From positions 4,712,001 through 4,776,000 of the forward strand of contig CM035354.1 in assembly GCA_020137815.1 (NCBI GenBank): a stretch of DNA of 64,000 nucleotides, written 5' to 3'. Positions 11,001-23,510 of the stretch are shown piece after piece. This DNA comes from Hormiphora californensis. Its lineage: Eukaryota; Animalia; Ctenophora. How positions within the stretch are numbered: the first letter of the stretch is position 1; each line of letters starts with the position of its first letter. A model generated the notes under the pieces. The model was not told where the DNA came from. It made no database searches and saw only the letters and a program-made list of their open reading frames with translations. The translations under genes and the position numbers were made by a program.

Positions 11001-12509
11001 GAATACATATTTTTGGACTGTATGGCGGCGCCATACCCTATTTGATTCTCAATCAGTGCGCTCAGATGGGTCGCGGCGCCAGACAGTTTTTGGAGTAGTT
11101 CCCCTGTAGTTCTTACAGTCAGTTTGAGATATTAGCAATTAATAACTAGCCTAATTTCCTAATTCTTATATTCCCCCATTACAGGTGGTCTAATAGCAGG
11201 TCCTCTTGGAATGTTGGCTGGGTTCAAAGCTGCCGGGGTTGCCACGGGTCTAATTGGGACGTATGTGGGTTACAAGGGTACCTCCTACCTAAAGAAGAGT
11301 GTGAATGATGACATCCCCCAACTGGAGGCCCCTAAAATGAGTGCATATAGTGACGAGGAGGAAGAGGGGGAGTTTCAACAGTTTGAGGAGGGAGAATTGA
11401 GGGATAGTGAGTCATTCAAACCCTACAAATAGGTACCTACCGCAGTTCCTGCGCTATAGTGAGACTCAAGTGATCGATACCGGACAATAACTCTCTCATA
11501 CTACTGAAGATTCTAACTCATTTGCTGCTGATTGTCTTTGCAATGTCCTATTATTATTTTACAGTATCACCTCTCATGCTAAGTTTAGGACATTGCCGAT
11601 TTTAATTTCTCACGTTCAATTTTAATTTTTCACGTCTGTGTAAATGATTTCACTCATCACTGTAAGATAAAATCACTGGAAAGAGTTCATTAATTGTTGT
11701 TAAGATTTTATGTTAATTGTTTTACCGCCCTTTTTTGTTGTGTGCCAAGTACATTTGAACATTTATAAAGAATGCAGTTTTAATTAAATTCATTGCCTTG
11801 AGAGGCCATTATAATGCCCCCCCCCCCCCCCCCCCCCCGAGTACATTTGCATTTCACCCCCTTACTCCTTCATTTGCATACACTTAATTTACTTACCCCC
11901 CCCCCCCCTTCCTCGGTCACAAGAAGTGCAGCTGTAAATACCCCAGAATACTTCATCCACCATAATCCCAAAATATACCCCCAATCCTGATATAACCTCC
12001 ACCACACGTTCTACCTTCTTTCCCCAACTAGACCATTACCGTAACCAGTAACCACCCACTGACTTACCATTGAGGCAATAAGACTCTCACTGAAAGTCTT
12101 GTTGCCTAGGAAATCCCTGTGCCTCTGAACCACACTTACCCGTGAGAGTCTTGTTGCCTAGGAGATCCCTGTACCTCTGAACCATCTCCCCACCATTCTG
12201 CAGGAATGTCTGTGTCAAGAAAGATAACTAACCCGATAAAAAACGAACAGTATGGTACCTGTACGACCTTATTTATCCACGCTGTGTACTGGAAATCTGA
12301 TGGTCCTGGTCCTGGAAAGAATAGGAAGGGGTTACCAATCAATGAACTAGAAGACAAAATCAACTAGGAGTTGGTGAATGACAAACTATATGTGGAGACT
12401 AATGATGAACTGATCAGTTCTCAGCTTCCGTACCATAGAAGAGGTAAAAGAAGAAAAAGATGCACGATGGGATGAACAGGAGAAGAAAGAAGGACTTTCT
12501 CGATCTCAT
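8020..12509 (-). CDS. Golgi carbohydrate sulfotransferase (CHST1/3/4/5/6-like)
   Basis: Exon 1 12509-12434 is a signal anchor (MRSRKSFFLLLFIPSCIFFFFYLFY), followed by 12311-12259, 12197-12140 and 9603-9515 (5'-PSB: SDYRSGSSIVGEMFN). Later exons give AWYLFEP, VVVAKLIRL, RDPRGTINSR (3'-PB), YVRVMYEDVCRDP and ASRWRTEL..IEKACDELL. Phases of exons 1-4 were checked. Confidence 0.9.
9842..11432 (+). CDS. STX17: Syntaxin-17
   Basis: Exons 9842-9891, 10041-10169, 10305-10656, 10814-10991, 11185-11432. SNARE motif QQEKVDTIEGNV and the glycine-zipper hairpin AGALVGGLIAGPLGMLAGFKAAG. Confidence 0.93.
11018..11087. repeat. Short (~55-70 bp) dispersed palindromic element; other copies ~12737-12795, 30204-30269, 33624-33678
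   Basis: CTGTCTGGCG...CGCCAGACAG termini and a shared GTGCGCTCA core, in both orientations. Confidence 0.7.
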
Positions 12510-13455
12510 GTTGAAGATGAACCTTGTACCCAGGACTGAGCACACAGGTAACCCTTATCTATCCATGTTTAAAATACGTAAAACGACAAACAAACAGCAG
12601 TATACAAAACTAAATAGTGTACAATGAGACAGGGTGTGGGCTGTTGGGATACACGGGGATACACTCTGTACAATATCCGGGTTCGAGTATCAACACTAGG
12701 GCCTGGGCAACTAATTTATATGACCGGGCCGAGGTCTGTCTGGCGGGGCCAGACCCCGTTTTGATTCTCGACAGTGCGCTCAGATCGTGTCGGCATCAAG
12801 CTCTAGCTACAATAACTAAACAAGGGCCACATGCCACAGCTGAAGTAAATAGGTGTAAAACTATTGAACAATTTGAGCTGTTAGGTGGACAAAGGGGCCG
12901 TGTGTACTACTGGTATAGTACAACACAGGTACAATGAGTAAGGTAGCCACTACGGCTAAAGAACAAAAAGAGCTTCCGCTTCATTGTTTCCTCTTAGACC
13001 TCTTTTAACTGGAGAGTCTTGGCAACTGTTATAGTCTGTACTAACAGATACATCCAACTATACTATGAGAGTAATATAGAATAATATTGGTGGATAGAAC
13101 AGCGGAGTTTCATTGTCTCCCCCATTTCAATACCCTGCTAATGGAAATAATATGCATACACTTACAGCTTATATCCTGATCCAAATAACTTATTATCAAC
13201 CGAATAAACATGTCATCACTATTCTATGTTATGGAATTAACCCACTCCCTGAATCTGCATGTTTGTTGTGGAGTAAAGCTTGGCAACATAGAAAGTTGGC
13301 CCGTACCTACTAAACATGTTCCCATGCTTGGTGTGGTCCTGCCCCCCCCCCTCGTAGTCCCTTGTACAAGGCTTGTAACTATGTGTTGGGGGACAAGCGC
13401 ACACGCCTAACAACACCTCGTTAAAACCACATGCAAATCCATTAAAAATCATGTG

Positions 13456-13457
13456 CT

Positions 13458-13489
<32 letters not shown>

Positions 13490-13534
13490 CTCTCTCTCTA
13501 TCTATCTATCTCTCTCTCTCTATCTATCTCTCTA

Positions 13535-13617
<83 letters not shown>
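13456..13617. repeat. (CT)n/(CTAT)n microsatellite, representative of many GA/CT tracts (e.g. 23460, 24150, 24350, 26960, 41680, 45130, 52245)
   Basis: Directly visible; source of the poly-LS/ER pseudo-ORFs. Confidence 0.95.
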
Positions 13618-13621
<4 letters not shown>

Positions 13622-14042
13622 CAAGTGCTTCCTACCTCCCCTGTGGGTACTTCCATTTAGACCGCTCGCTACAAGCTCTCACCTCTCCTTCAAGTAGAGT
13701 GCACGCAGACTGAGAGAGAGAGAGAAGGAGAGAGAGAGTCAGAGAGCAAGAGAGAGAGAGAGCTAGAGGGATTGTAGAGGTGTGGTCTTTGCCCCCCGCA
13801 CAGACCACGTGATACTCAGCTGCTGCGCTAACGATTTACGTTCTCCCATCCCATTGATTCAGTCCACCTTAGCAGCTCCGAGCTCGAACCCCAAGCTGTG
13901 CACTATCTATCTTCCTGAATCAGAGAGAGAACATATACAGTGACCAAGCAGTGCATTTTGTCTTGTTTCTCTCTGGTGCTATATCCTTCTAGCTAACCAT
14001 ATATTCTAGCTAGTAAATCCCTAATTTTGCTATTGTTTTTAG

Positions 14043-17000
14043 ATGATTGCCGAACATCTTTCCCCTACAACTTACGCCCTCCCTTACTAGTAAGTGAATA
14101 ATAAGCTTCAATGATAATTGAATAGATAAACTCGATATCCATTGGGGGCTCTATATCTAGATATACAAAAAGTAGGCGCTAACAAGATCTAATTAGGTTT
14201 AAAGGCAACTGTATAATACTTGGCAAACAATGATGAAATTTAGTTTTTTTTCCTTCCGGCTGTACAAAATGTTAAAATGAGTAGACGGTAAACATATTCA
14301 CTATAACATGGGTTACCCGGTACAATAAAAGGCACCGGCCACCGACCAAAACAAGGAGCTTCACAGGTGTTTATGTTGGGGTTTCGTAGTGTGTGACTGT
14401 ACACTACACCCTGCCACTAGGTAGAAAACACATACCAACACAACTGTTACATCTTTAGAGGCACAGCCATGCCACTAGAATAACAACATGAACTTCCTCC
14501 TACGTACCTGGTCTGCAGTTGTTCACTCTGAACTGCCTTGTTCGACCCTCGACAAATAAAAACAAACTCTAGATATGACACTTGATATGACCCATCAATA
14601 ACACTTGATGTGTTTGTTGGCCAAAGCGGTTCATTATTTGTATTACCCTAGTAACACTTAGTTTATTTCAGTGAGATGGATCTACGGTGTGATGGTGGAG
14701 TGTCAAAACATAGGAACAATAATTCTACCAGGTAAACGAGCTGTCTGACACCCAGACTTGCCTTGCTAGACCCCTCTCTTTCCGCGCTAAAAAGTGCTTT
14801 GAATAACCCCAATCCCTCCAACCCCTTCCACTTTCAAATAGACTCCTGAATGTGTTGTGTAAGCTAACCACTCTCCTCCCACTGTGTAGATACAGGAAGG
14901 GGAAGAAGAAGTTCTCCTCACCTGACGAGATGAATGTCAAGAGGCTGGCTGTTAACTCCCGACAACGAACTAGAATGAGGGTAAGTGATCCTGATTAGAA
15001 TCTATTTAGGGGACTAGCAAGTACCCTTTGTTGCTGGTACAATCATAGTGCTTGGTGAATCAGGTATCTACTGGGCATTTAGTTATATTTGGGGTATTAG
15101 CAAGTAGGGTACCCTTTCTTGGTGAATGTGCTTGGTGATTCAGGGCTTACAATTATATCCAGGGACTGTTACCATGGCAACAACTTCTAGCTGCTCTCTC
15201 TATTTTCATGACAGTAGGGGACATTGTCGCTTGTTAATCAGAGAACTAGACCACACCCAGCAGCCCTTCTCCCACCACAGTTTAGCACGAGCCGCAAGCA
15301 GAGAGAGAGAGAGAATACTGTATCGATAGATATATGAAACATTTTCGGGAGGGGGGGGGGCCGGCTGAAGTTTTTGAAGTTTGAAGTTTTCCACCCTACT
15401 TTTTGAGTTTTTGAAGTTTTTGAAGTTGACTTCAAAAACTTCAAAAACTCTAAACTACTTTTATATGCTATCAGTGACTATTATTACACTTGTTTAGGTT
15501 AGTTTCATGCTTAATACATATTGTGGCAAAGTTATCCGTCCTTGTCTGCCCTTTTTCTACCACAAATTTGGACATTTACAATGATTCCTAGCCATGAAAT
15601 CCATGGCACAATTTGGTGTAAAAAATTTAAATTTTTTGTAAAAACAGATTTCATTTTCATTTTATAACTCAAAAAATTGCCTAGAAAATGCTAAGTGTTT
15701 AAAAATTATGAAGTAAATTTTCAAAATTTTTTTGGGGCCACACCCTTTTTGCCAGTTTCACAAAAAGGGAGTAGCGAAAAAAAATATGGACATCAAAATC
15801 ATCAGCGGCCTCGAGTTAGTGGGGGTACGTGTCAAAATGAAGTCTCCACCTCATCTAATTCGAGGGATAATGGGATATTTTCATAATTTTGTGTGTGCAT
15901 GACTTTTTTTGGGCTAGACCAGTTTAAATGGTTTAAGAGTGACTATAGGCTTTTTAAAGGGGTGCATCTTGTTCGGAATATGCAAGTTTATATAAGAGTT
16001 ATGAAGCAACATAGGGCCTATCTCCAACGGTTTAGGAGATATGAGTTTTTGAAGTTTTTGAAGTTTTCCACCCTAAGTTTCTCTTTGAAGTTTTTGAAGT
16101 TGACTTCAAAAACTTCAAAAACTTCAGCCGCCCCCCCCCCCCCACATTTTCTGACACCCAATATTGAACCAGATACATATCTGACCCCAATACCCTTTTG
16201 ACTACCATATTGAACCCGAATTGAGAAGTTTAGACAATTGATTTTGTAGAAAAGATCAAATAAATAAATAATTAAATAACGGACAGTAACAGAAAGAGAG
16301 TTCCTCAGCACATTGGCCGGCCAGTGATCCAGGGTCCTCTAGAAATCTCCCTTACGGAGGCAGGTCGGTAGCTAGGATTGGGATGAAGGATGGTCAGAAT
16401 GGTCCTCACACAGGTCTCCCCAACACCGTCTCCAGGAACAAGATTCAGGGGTTTCAGGTAGTCACGGGTCTTCTTGAAGGGCAGGAATCCAAACAGCATC
16501 TTGTGTAGCGTCACTCCAACAGCCCAGATATCAGCGGAGATAGGATCGTAGTGTTGACTGAAGAGGATCTCAGGGCAGGCGTACTGGCGGGTTCCTCGGA
16601 AAGAAGTGCAGGGTGAGGATGTGATCCGTTGGGCAGCTCCAAAGTCTATCAGCTTCACTTGGCCAGTGGTGGGTGCGACGAGTAGGTTCTCGGGCTTCAC
16701 GTCCAGATGGGCTAGAGATCGCTCCTCGTGTAGGTAGGACAGGGCATAACAGAGCTGAGCTGTGATGTAGCGGGCGTTGTTCTCCTTGAGTCGTCCCCGG
16801 ATATCGATGAAGTCGAACAGGTCCATGGATCCAGGCAGGAACTCCAGGATTAGGAAGGTAAATCGGCCGGTAATGTGGTACTCCAGCAGTTGGATGATGT
16901 TGGGGTGTTTCAGGTTAGCCATGTGCACAATCTCCGCACTGCCACTCCTGCTCGTCTCCATCTTCTTCGCTACCAGCTCCTCGCCGCTCGGTGTGTGGAG

Positions 17001-17868
17001 GACCTTGTAGACAGTTCCAAAGCCACCACTGCCCAGCTTCTCCCTGATGGAGTAGCTGGAGAGAGAGGAGGAGAGGGAGGAGGAGGATGAAGAGGAGGGG
17101 GTGGAGCCGTGGGAATCCAGTCCAGAGTTGAGAGCACGCTGTCGAGAAGTACAGAGACCCATAGTAGTAGTAGTTGTTGTGATTAACAGAGGATTGTAGT
17201 AGTAATATAGAGGAGTAGTTGATTTGGAATGATTTTGGTGTGGATGGTTCTGGTTTATATATTCAGTCCCCCTGCCCCGTCATGCGATATCTATGTGACG
17301 TGTGCATGTGACGGTACATGTGATCCGAGCCACTAGGACGTTCCTGTGATGTTATCTGATCCAGACGATCGCATGTGATCCAGACAGTCTTAGAATGTGA
17401 TCCGAGGTATCTATGTGTTTGTGTGATATGAGCCAACCTGATCACATGACAACACCGATACCGAGTCTTACCAACCACCAAATCAATTATGCAATCTTGC
17501 TAAGTAAACTAATCAATAACCTGTATCAATAAGCTGGCGTATAATAATTGGATGCATCATGTTTTTTAGTAACTTGGACATAGGCCGCCTGGCCCAAAAA
17601 ACACTGTTGCAGGAAAATATAGATATCACAGATCAGTATTCAGTAACTTATTACCCACAATCATGTTCATTCTCATGTTAGTTTCTTCCTCCCTCAGATA
17701 ATGAATGCAGCATATGAACGACTCATGGAGGTTCTACCTGCCCTTCCTGAGAAGAGGAAACCAACCAAGCTAGAGACCCTCCAGCTGGCTATCCAATACC
17801 TCCGACACCTCACTCTAGTTCTGGAACATCAGAGTAACTCCGGTGGATATGGATTTAAACCTATCTGA
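14043..17868 (+). CDS. Class A-type bHLH transcription factor (Twist/Ptf1/atonal-like), atypical basic region
   Basis: Phase-consistent exons 14043-14089, 14672-14731, 14890-14980, 17698-17868: KRLAVNSRQRTRMR|IMNAAYERLMEVLPALPEKRKPTKLETLQLAIQYLRHLTLVL. Confidence 0.88.
15347..16143. mobile_element. Non-autonomous DNA transposon (Mutator- or hAT-like) in the bHLH intron
   Basis: G-run-CGGCTGAAGTTTTTGAAGTTT TIRs with subterminal TGAAGTTTT repeats. 8-bp TSD ACATTTTC at 15339-15346 and 16144-16151. Confidence 0.85.
16305..17162 (-). CDS. Intronless Ser/Thr kinase, PIM/CAMK-like, with N-terminal myristoylation motif
   Basis: LGSGGFGTVY, VAKK, MDLFDFI, HLDVKPENLL, VKLIDFG, FRGTRQYACPE, DIWAVGVTL; starts MGLCTS. 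Confidence 0.92.
   Translation of the reverse strand: MGLCTSRQRALNSGLDSHGSTPSSSSSSSLSSSLSSYSIREKLGSGGFGTVYKVLHTPSGEELVAKKMETSRSGSAEIVHMANLKHPNIIQLLEYHITGRFTFLILEFLPGSMDLFDFIDIRGRLKENNARYITAQLCYALSYLHEERSLAHLDVKPENLLVAPTTGQVKLIDFGAAQRITSSPCTSFRGTRQYACPEILFSQHYDPISADIWAVGVTLHKMLFGFLPFKKTRDYLKPLNLVPGDGVGETCVRTILTILHPNPSYRPASVREISRGPWITGRPMC
17250..17450 (-). promoter_or_regulatory. Putative kinase promoter: TATA box plus clustered CATGTG E-boxes
   Basis: TATATAAA on the minus strand at ~17254-17261. CATGTG/CACATG at 17305, 17317, 17372 and 17443, plus degenerate ATGTGA copies. Confidence 0.5.
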
Positions 17869-18624
17869 GTAGAGGAGGAGGATGTGATGTCTGTTCTCTG
17901 ATGAATGTTATATCGCTGTAAGTGTTCTGGGACAATTGAGTAGGAGAGTCAGTTTGTTATAGCTGTTCTTGTGCTGAAGTCTGTAGGTTGGATTGGGGTT
18001 ACTTATTTCCTAAAAAGCACATAATTACCCCGAAACTGCTCAAAAAGCACATAAAACTGCCTACGTAGTGTACTGGTCGTTATCTGCACAGATGCGATAA
18101 CTAGGTTTCTTTTCGGGAGACGCCTAGATCTATACCTGACAGGGTCTGTCACAATCAGTATTAGGTGGAGAGAGAGAGAGGAAGAGACAGAGAGGGAGAG
18201 GGGAGGGGTAGCTGTTCTTGACACTGATGAGTCATTGACCACTGCTCATTACACCATGATAGCACACCTCATTACTGAGATGAGCAGGATCAGTGACTCT
18301 CCAGGCCACTATCAGCTTTCTCTCTGTATCTCTATCTTTCTTTATCTCTGTCTTTCTCTCTGTCTTTCTTTATGCGTCTATATCTGTCTCTCTATCCTTC
18401 TTTCTCTCTCTCTCTTTCTCTCCCTCTCTAGTCAATATCTCTGTCTGGTACAATTGTGTTATCACTCCCTCCTTTCTTATCCTTTCTTATTCTTCATCTC
18501 CAATCATAAACATATCGTCGTATGCTTTTTTCAATTACATATTACGCAGAAGTAACATGTGATCTACTATCTTTAAGGCCCTGGTACTGTACTTAGCAAC
18601 CGTTCATTGGCCGTACCAGTATAT

Positions 18625-18830
18625 ATGAACTATGAACGTTTGTAGACTGGCGCGTTATCAAGTTGGCTGTTCCCAGCGCGAGCTGGGGACAGCCAACTGG
18701 AGTTTAATCGCCCGGCAGGGCGATTAAACTGGTTTAAATCCCGACGCCGATCCCGAGGCGCCAGCCGAGGGTGAGGGGGAGGTGATTTAAAACCTATAAC
18801 GCGATAGGCTAACAAACGTTCATAGTTTAT
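18625..18830. mobile_element. Small MITE
   Basis: TIRs ATGAACTATGAACGTTTGT / ACAAACGTTCATAGTTTAT; internal hairpin GTTTAATCGCCC..GGGCGATTAAAC. Confidence 0.65.
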
Positions 18831-20293
18831 GAAACCCGATAGTAATTACACACAAATAAGAGACACAACACAAGGGGTAACACACAAGGACTACTGGCAA
18901 ATAGTCAACAGACACTCTCAAAATGTGTGTAGACTTAGTGTCTACTGTTCCTAACATGTTTGAGAAAGAGAGAGAAAGATTAGGGGCAAAACACACAGTG
19001 AGAGATATTGAACAGTAAAAGAGAGAATGAGAGAGAGAAACGAATGGAATGCGACTATTTTGCCTCTTGATGAGAGAGATAACATTGAAAAGTGTTGCAG
19101 ATGTGTTCCCCTCTCTGTTATTGACAGAACTGTGTGTTTACACACATTTTCATTACTTGGAAATTTACACGCATGTTATGGAAATGAAGAGAAACGCGTG
19201 AAAATGGGCACTGGTCTGATAAAGAGCGAGCAGGGTGTTAAATCCCCCATCTCGCAGTTAACGTGTGCGCGTAAAATGTTCAAACGACTGATAAATAAAC
19301 TATCGGGTTTCATATTACTATATGACTTACTTCATTCAATGCTTAGTACTACTGTAGCTACGGTCTACTCGTTTCCAGTCTCTCTTCCGCTTACTATCTA
19401 TCCATCTATCTATCTTCCTAGTCCGCTTTCTCTATTTATCTCGGTCCCTCTTCCTCGAGCTCTCTCTATATCTCTCTATATCTCTTTATATCTCGGATAC
19501 TCTCTCCCGTCACTCTCTTTTGATTATGTATAGCATCAGATCATGCGTGTACAAGATCTTAGCGTCTCCTAGAATCTCTCTACTTCCTTCTTGCTGCTCT
19601 CTCTCTCTTCTACTTCTCTCCCCTTTTCCCTTCCACTGGCTTCTAGTCAGTCTGTCTAGTCAGTTTTCATCAAAACTCTGTCTAGTCACGAACACTACCG
19701 TAAAACTCTGGTATGGACGCTGGACTACTGGTACAAAAAGTCATATATTCCTCATTTTATTCCTCTCTCCCCACCTATCTATCTCTCTCTCTCTCTCCCT
19801 ATAACTTTGTCATTGTCTCTCTCCCTATAACTTTGTCATTGTCTCTATATGATCTCCCTCTAGATCCTCCTCCTCCTGACTTCCTGCTTGCCTGAAACAA
19901 TACTAGTATTCTCTTATTGCAACACTCGATATTCTACACTCAACAGCAACTCTATTCGTGGATCTTCTTCAAGCTAGATGATAGAAAGGTCAAAGAAGAG
20001 GGAGTAGGAGAGAGGGAGTAGGAGAGAGGGAGAGAGAGAGAGAGAGGGAGAGAGAGAAGAGAAAGAGATGAGAGGCGCTATTACGAGATTGGAAAATGGA
20101 GAGTTAAGATCCTAATAATATGCCAATACAGAACCCACGCACCAGCTGCAAACTTGGTTGTTGAAGTTTTCCCGGCCCGTGTCACACATTTCCCTGTGGT
20201 TGAAGTTTCGTTTTCAAATTACCAGCTGTACCCCCTGTAGATGCACATATTGTGTCTGTGCAATTATATTGTGTTCTTGTGTACAAAGTAATA

Positions 20294-20356
20294 CAAGTTT
20301 TTAATTTTTTACTAATAGTTTCATGCTTTCGCAATCGTCAGAAAAAAGAAAACTTG
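20294..20356 (-). ncRNA. Minimal type I hammerhead ribozyme in the PLE 3' end
   Basis: Minus strand reads CAAGUUUUCUUUUUU-CUGACGA-UUGC GAAA GCAU-GAAA-CUAUUAG-UA^-AAAAAUUAAAAACUUG. Conserved core with stems I-III. Confidence 0.8.
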
Positions 20357-21687
20357 CAAATTTTAAAACGTTCAACTTCCTCTTCGACTCCTTCATCAAA
20401 CCGTTTGTTGAAGTGATGCCAGGTGTCCTCTCCGGTGGGGACATTTGTTAAGAAGCTCCCATTTCTTGTTAATTAGTCCTTTCCTCGTTAATATTGCGAA
20501 CTTTTCGGCCAGGCATAGAGAGCAGGTGATGTTGCCCTGGGCGGTATGGTGGAGCTTTGGCGATGATCTGCCATGTTATGTCATACGTTATCTGTCTGTC
20601 ATGGAGGCTCCAAACTAGTTTGGAGAGTTCTGTCGCTGTCCTGTGTTTGTCGTGTCTTATTGTCGCCATGTGGCCATTGAACCTGGTTTTGAATGACCCA
20701 CCCGTCATTCCACATATTTTCTGTTCTACCCCGTTGCTGTGTTTGATTAGTGCTTCGTAGACTACACCGGATTTCAGGCATGTGTTTCCCACAGGACAGT
20801 TTTCTGGAATTCTGCAGTTACACTGGCGTTCACTCTGTTTTTCCTCATCCTCCGCTTTCTTGAGTATCGCTTTGTTGTGAGACTTCACTATCCCGTCCAT
20901 GTTTATCATACATGAGTACGAAAGTTTTATTGTTTTTCTTGTTAAACAATGCGTTGAATGGATGTTGTGGTGGGAAGTGCAGTCTGACCAATTCAAAGAA
21001 TCGTTCTCCGATGTTAGTGGCGACGTTCTTGCTGAAGGGTGGATTATACCAGATGATTTTTCTTTGCCTTTTCCTGTTTTTGGGTTTTCCAGTTCTTCCT
21101 CTTTGTTCGTACATTAACTCCTTGCTGTATCCTGCTGTTTTCAAGGCTGCCTGGTATTCCTCTTTGGCTCCTTCGAATTCCTCCTCGGTACTGGATATGC
21201 AGCTAAGGCGTTTTTGTATCGATGCTGGAATGTTTTTTAGTATCGATGATGGGTGGTTGGAAGCACGTTTCACGTAGGCGATGTTGCTGTTGGGTTTTTT
21301 GTACGGTTTGTAGCTTCCGTTTATCGCTGATAGTGTTACATCCAGTATGTTGACTATCTTTCCTGTTTGTTCCACTGTTATCTTTAATTGATTGTTTTTG
21401 AAGATCTTGTGGAGCGCTTTTGTTATTTTGGTTATCTCGGGACCGTTGCTGTTTTCTACGTAGATTAGGCCGTCGTCGCGGTACAGTCCACAGTTGCTTC
21501 CCTTGTGATTCATTTCCAGGTACTGTTGCACCTGCCCTAGTAGGAAGAGTCCTGTTAGATCCGCTGCTTCTGCCCCGTCCAACGCTCCCATGGTGATGTC
21601 GAAATCGCTGTTCTTTTTCCTCCAAACTTTTCCATTGCTGAATAGCACGCTTTTCCTGCATGATTTGATGGTCTCAGTCTGTTCCGC
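20294..21687 (-). mobile_element. 5'-truncated, frameshifted Penelope-like retroelement (RT + GIY-YIG), Naiad-like
   Basis: FDITMGALDGAE, YRDDG, IIWYNPPFS, CNCR..CP...CL linker, VVY..GMT..FKTRF..H and CSLCLAEK..CPH. Frameshifts at ~20935 and ~20537. Confidence 0.93.
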
Positions 21688-22270
21688 ACATGTTTAGTCA
21701 ATTATAGGAGCACCGTTAGAACCGCCCTTCTGCGGTTTATGTTTATCAGCTGTTATAGCGATCGGAGAGGAATGGAGAGAGAATATTGAGGAGAAAATAG
21801 AGATAAAAATAAAAATAATCGGGCTTGCATTTGAAAGACGCATACGCGAACTACAACTTATTGACACGGTTTTTTATCGGCACTTTCACACCGGTATAGT
21901 TAGACGTTTTAAATAAAAACTCTCTCCTTCTCTTTCCCACTATCTATATCTCTCTTATATCTCTCTATCTCTCCCGTTTAGTAAAGCCGGTTCACAGCCT
22001 GTTTAAAGTGCACTAAGTATAGCTGGATGCTAATGGGGAATGCATGGCTTCATCCCTAGAGCCGGGTCTAGACTAACTTTTCACACTTATCGTAGCGCTA
22101 TGAACTTGTTGAGTAACAACTTTAAACAGTTTGACACTTAGTTTGCCTAGTTATGATTCTCCGTAAGAGTTCCGTTAGATCTATACTACGAAGTTTGCAG
22201 TTTGTTCCCTATAGCCCACTAATCCTTCTTCCATTCAGTATGACACTACGAGAAACGTGATATCCAGTGC

Positions 22271-23455
22271 ATGACAGGAAAGAAAGAAGGAAACAGCGTT
22301 GAAAGCCTTTTGTCTGATCTTAAAACAACCATTCGACTAGGTAAGTCATGTGACACCAGCGGTGCTGACCCCCCCCCCCCCCGGTGCTGGTATCACTAAG
22401 TGGTTGGGGGGTCTCGTGCAGCTGGGATCCCTATGGAATAACTAGTTGCTCTTATCGAGGTCCAGCAGCTAGGTCCCTGCAGTTTGCAAATGGACAGGAA
22501 AAACTTTGTAGAGTCAGAGTAGTGGTGGAAGTCTTCAGACCTCTACCCTTTACAAAACATGATAGATCCTGATGTTATCGTGACTCTGAGAGAGATAATT
22601 GCTTAAAAATTGTAGAAATTTATCCCACAAGTATAGATAATGTGGCATTTGGTATATATCATGGTCATTATATGCGGTTTTTATCTTGTGCGGCATATGC
22701 TCTTTCTCAAACTATTCATAATTTTGAAACTTTGTAGCTATGAGAAAAAGTGGAGTGGAGGCCTGTTGACAGGTGCAAGGATGTGTGAAAATAAAATTTT
22801 GCAGTCAACTTCTTGCTGACACATAGTTTATTACGTAGTGTGTGTGTTATTATAGTTCCGTTAATGAGGTCCAGTAATTGCAAAGAATTCCACCCTCGTA
22901 TCAGTTGTGTACCACACCAACTATTTTACCAACTACACAATTGACGTGGTATAGGTACCTAATACGTAGCAGCAGCCTGGTAAATTGACCAGAGTCGGTG
23001 GTCGAATTACAGTAATTACTAGTACCTAATACCTATCTATCTGCCTGGACAGATATATAATACATTGTTATGTCACCATCACGCACAGTACTTAATTCGT
23101 TGTAAACTAGCCAGTATATATCATATCTCTATGTATGCTTGTAGATCTAGCTATTCATTCTGTAGAAGGCCACCATCGCCATCAGCTAGGCCTGACCTAT
23201 CGTGTTTTTATTTCTCTTCAATCAGAGATTAGACAATTCTGAGATTACAAACAATATCATCACGTGGGGAGGGGGAGGGGGCAGAAATTCATCTTTTCAA
23301 AGATGATAGAGTTGAGAGATGTAGAGTAGCTTTTTTGTCGTTCTACTTTTCTATACGGGTCTCCCTTATATCTATCTAGCTTTATCTCTCTCTCCCTCCC
23401 CCACTCTCTATCTTTCGCTTCTCTATTATATCTTCCACTTCTCTATATCTTTTGC

Positions 23456-23510
<55 letters not shown>

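Noticed and set aside
11355-11390. EEEEGEFQQFEE in the STX17 tail resembling the beta-tubulin axonemal motif
   Set aside because: Short acidic low-complexity match; most likely coincidence.
12136-12363. 75-aa minus-strand ORF with an apparent TM segment
   Set aside because: Explained by CHST exons 2-3 plus the intervening pyrimidine-rich intron.
20397-21687. Selenoprotein (in-frame UGA/SECIS) in the Penelope-like element
   Set aside because: The Cys positions I translated use TGY codons and no SECIS was evident in the short 3' region.
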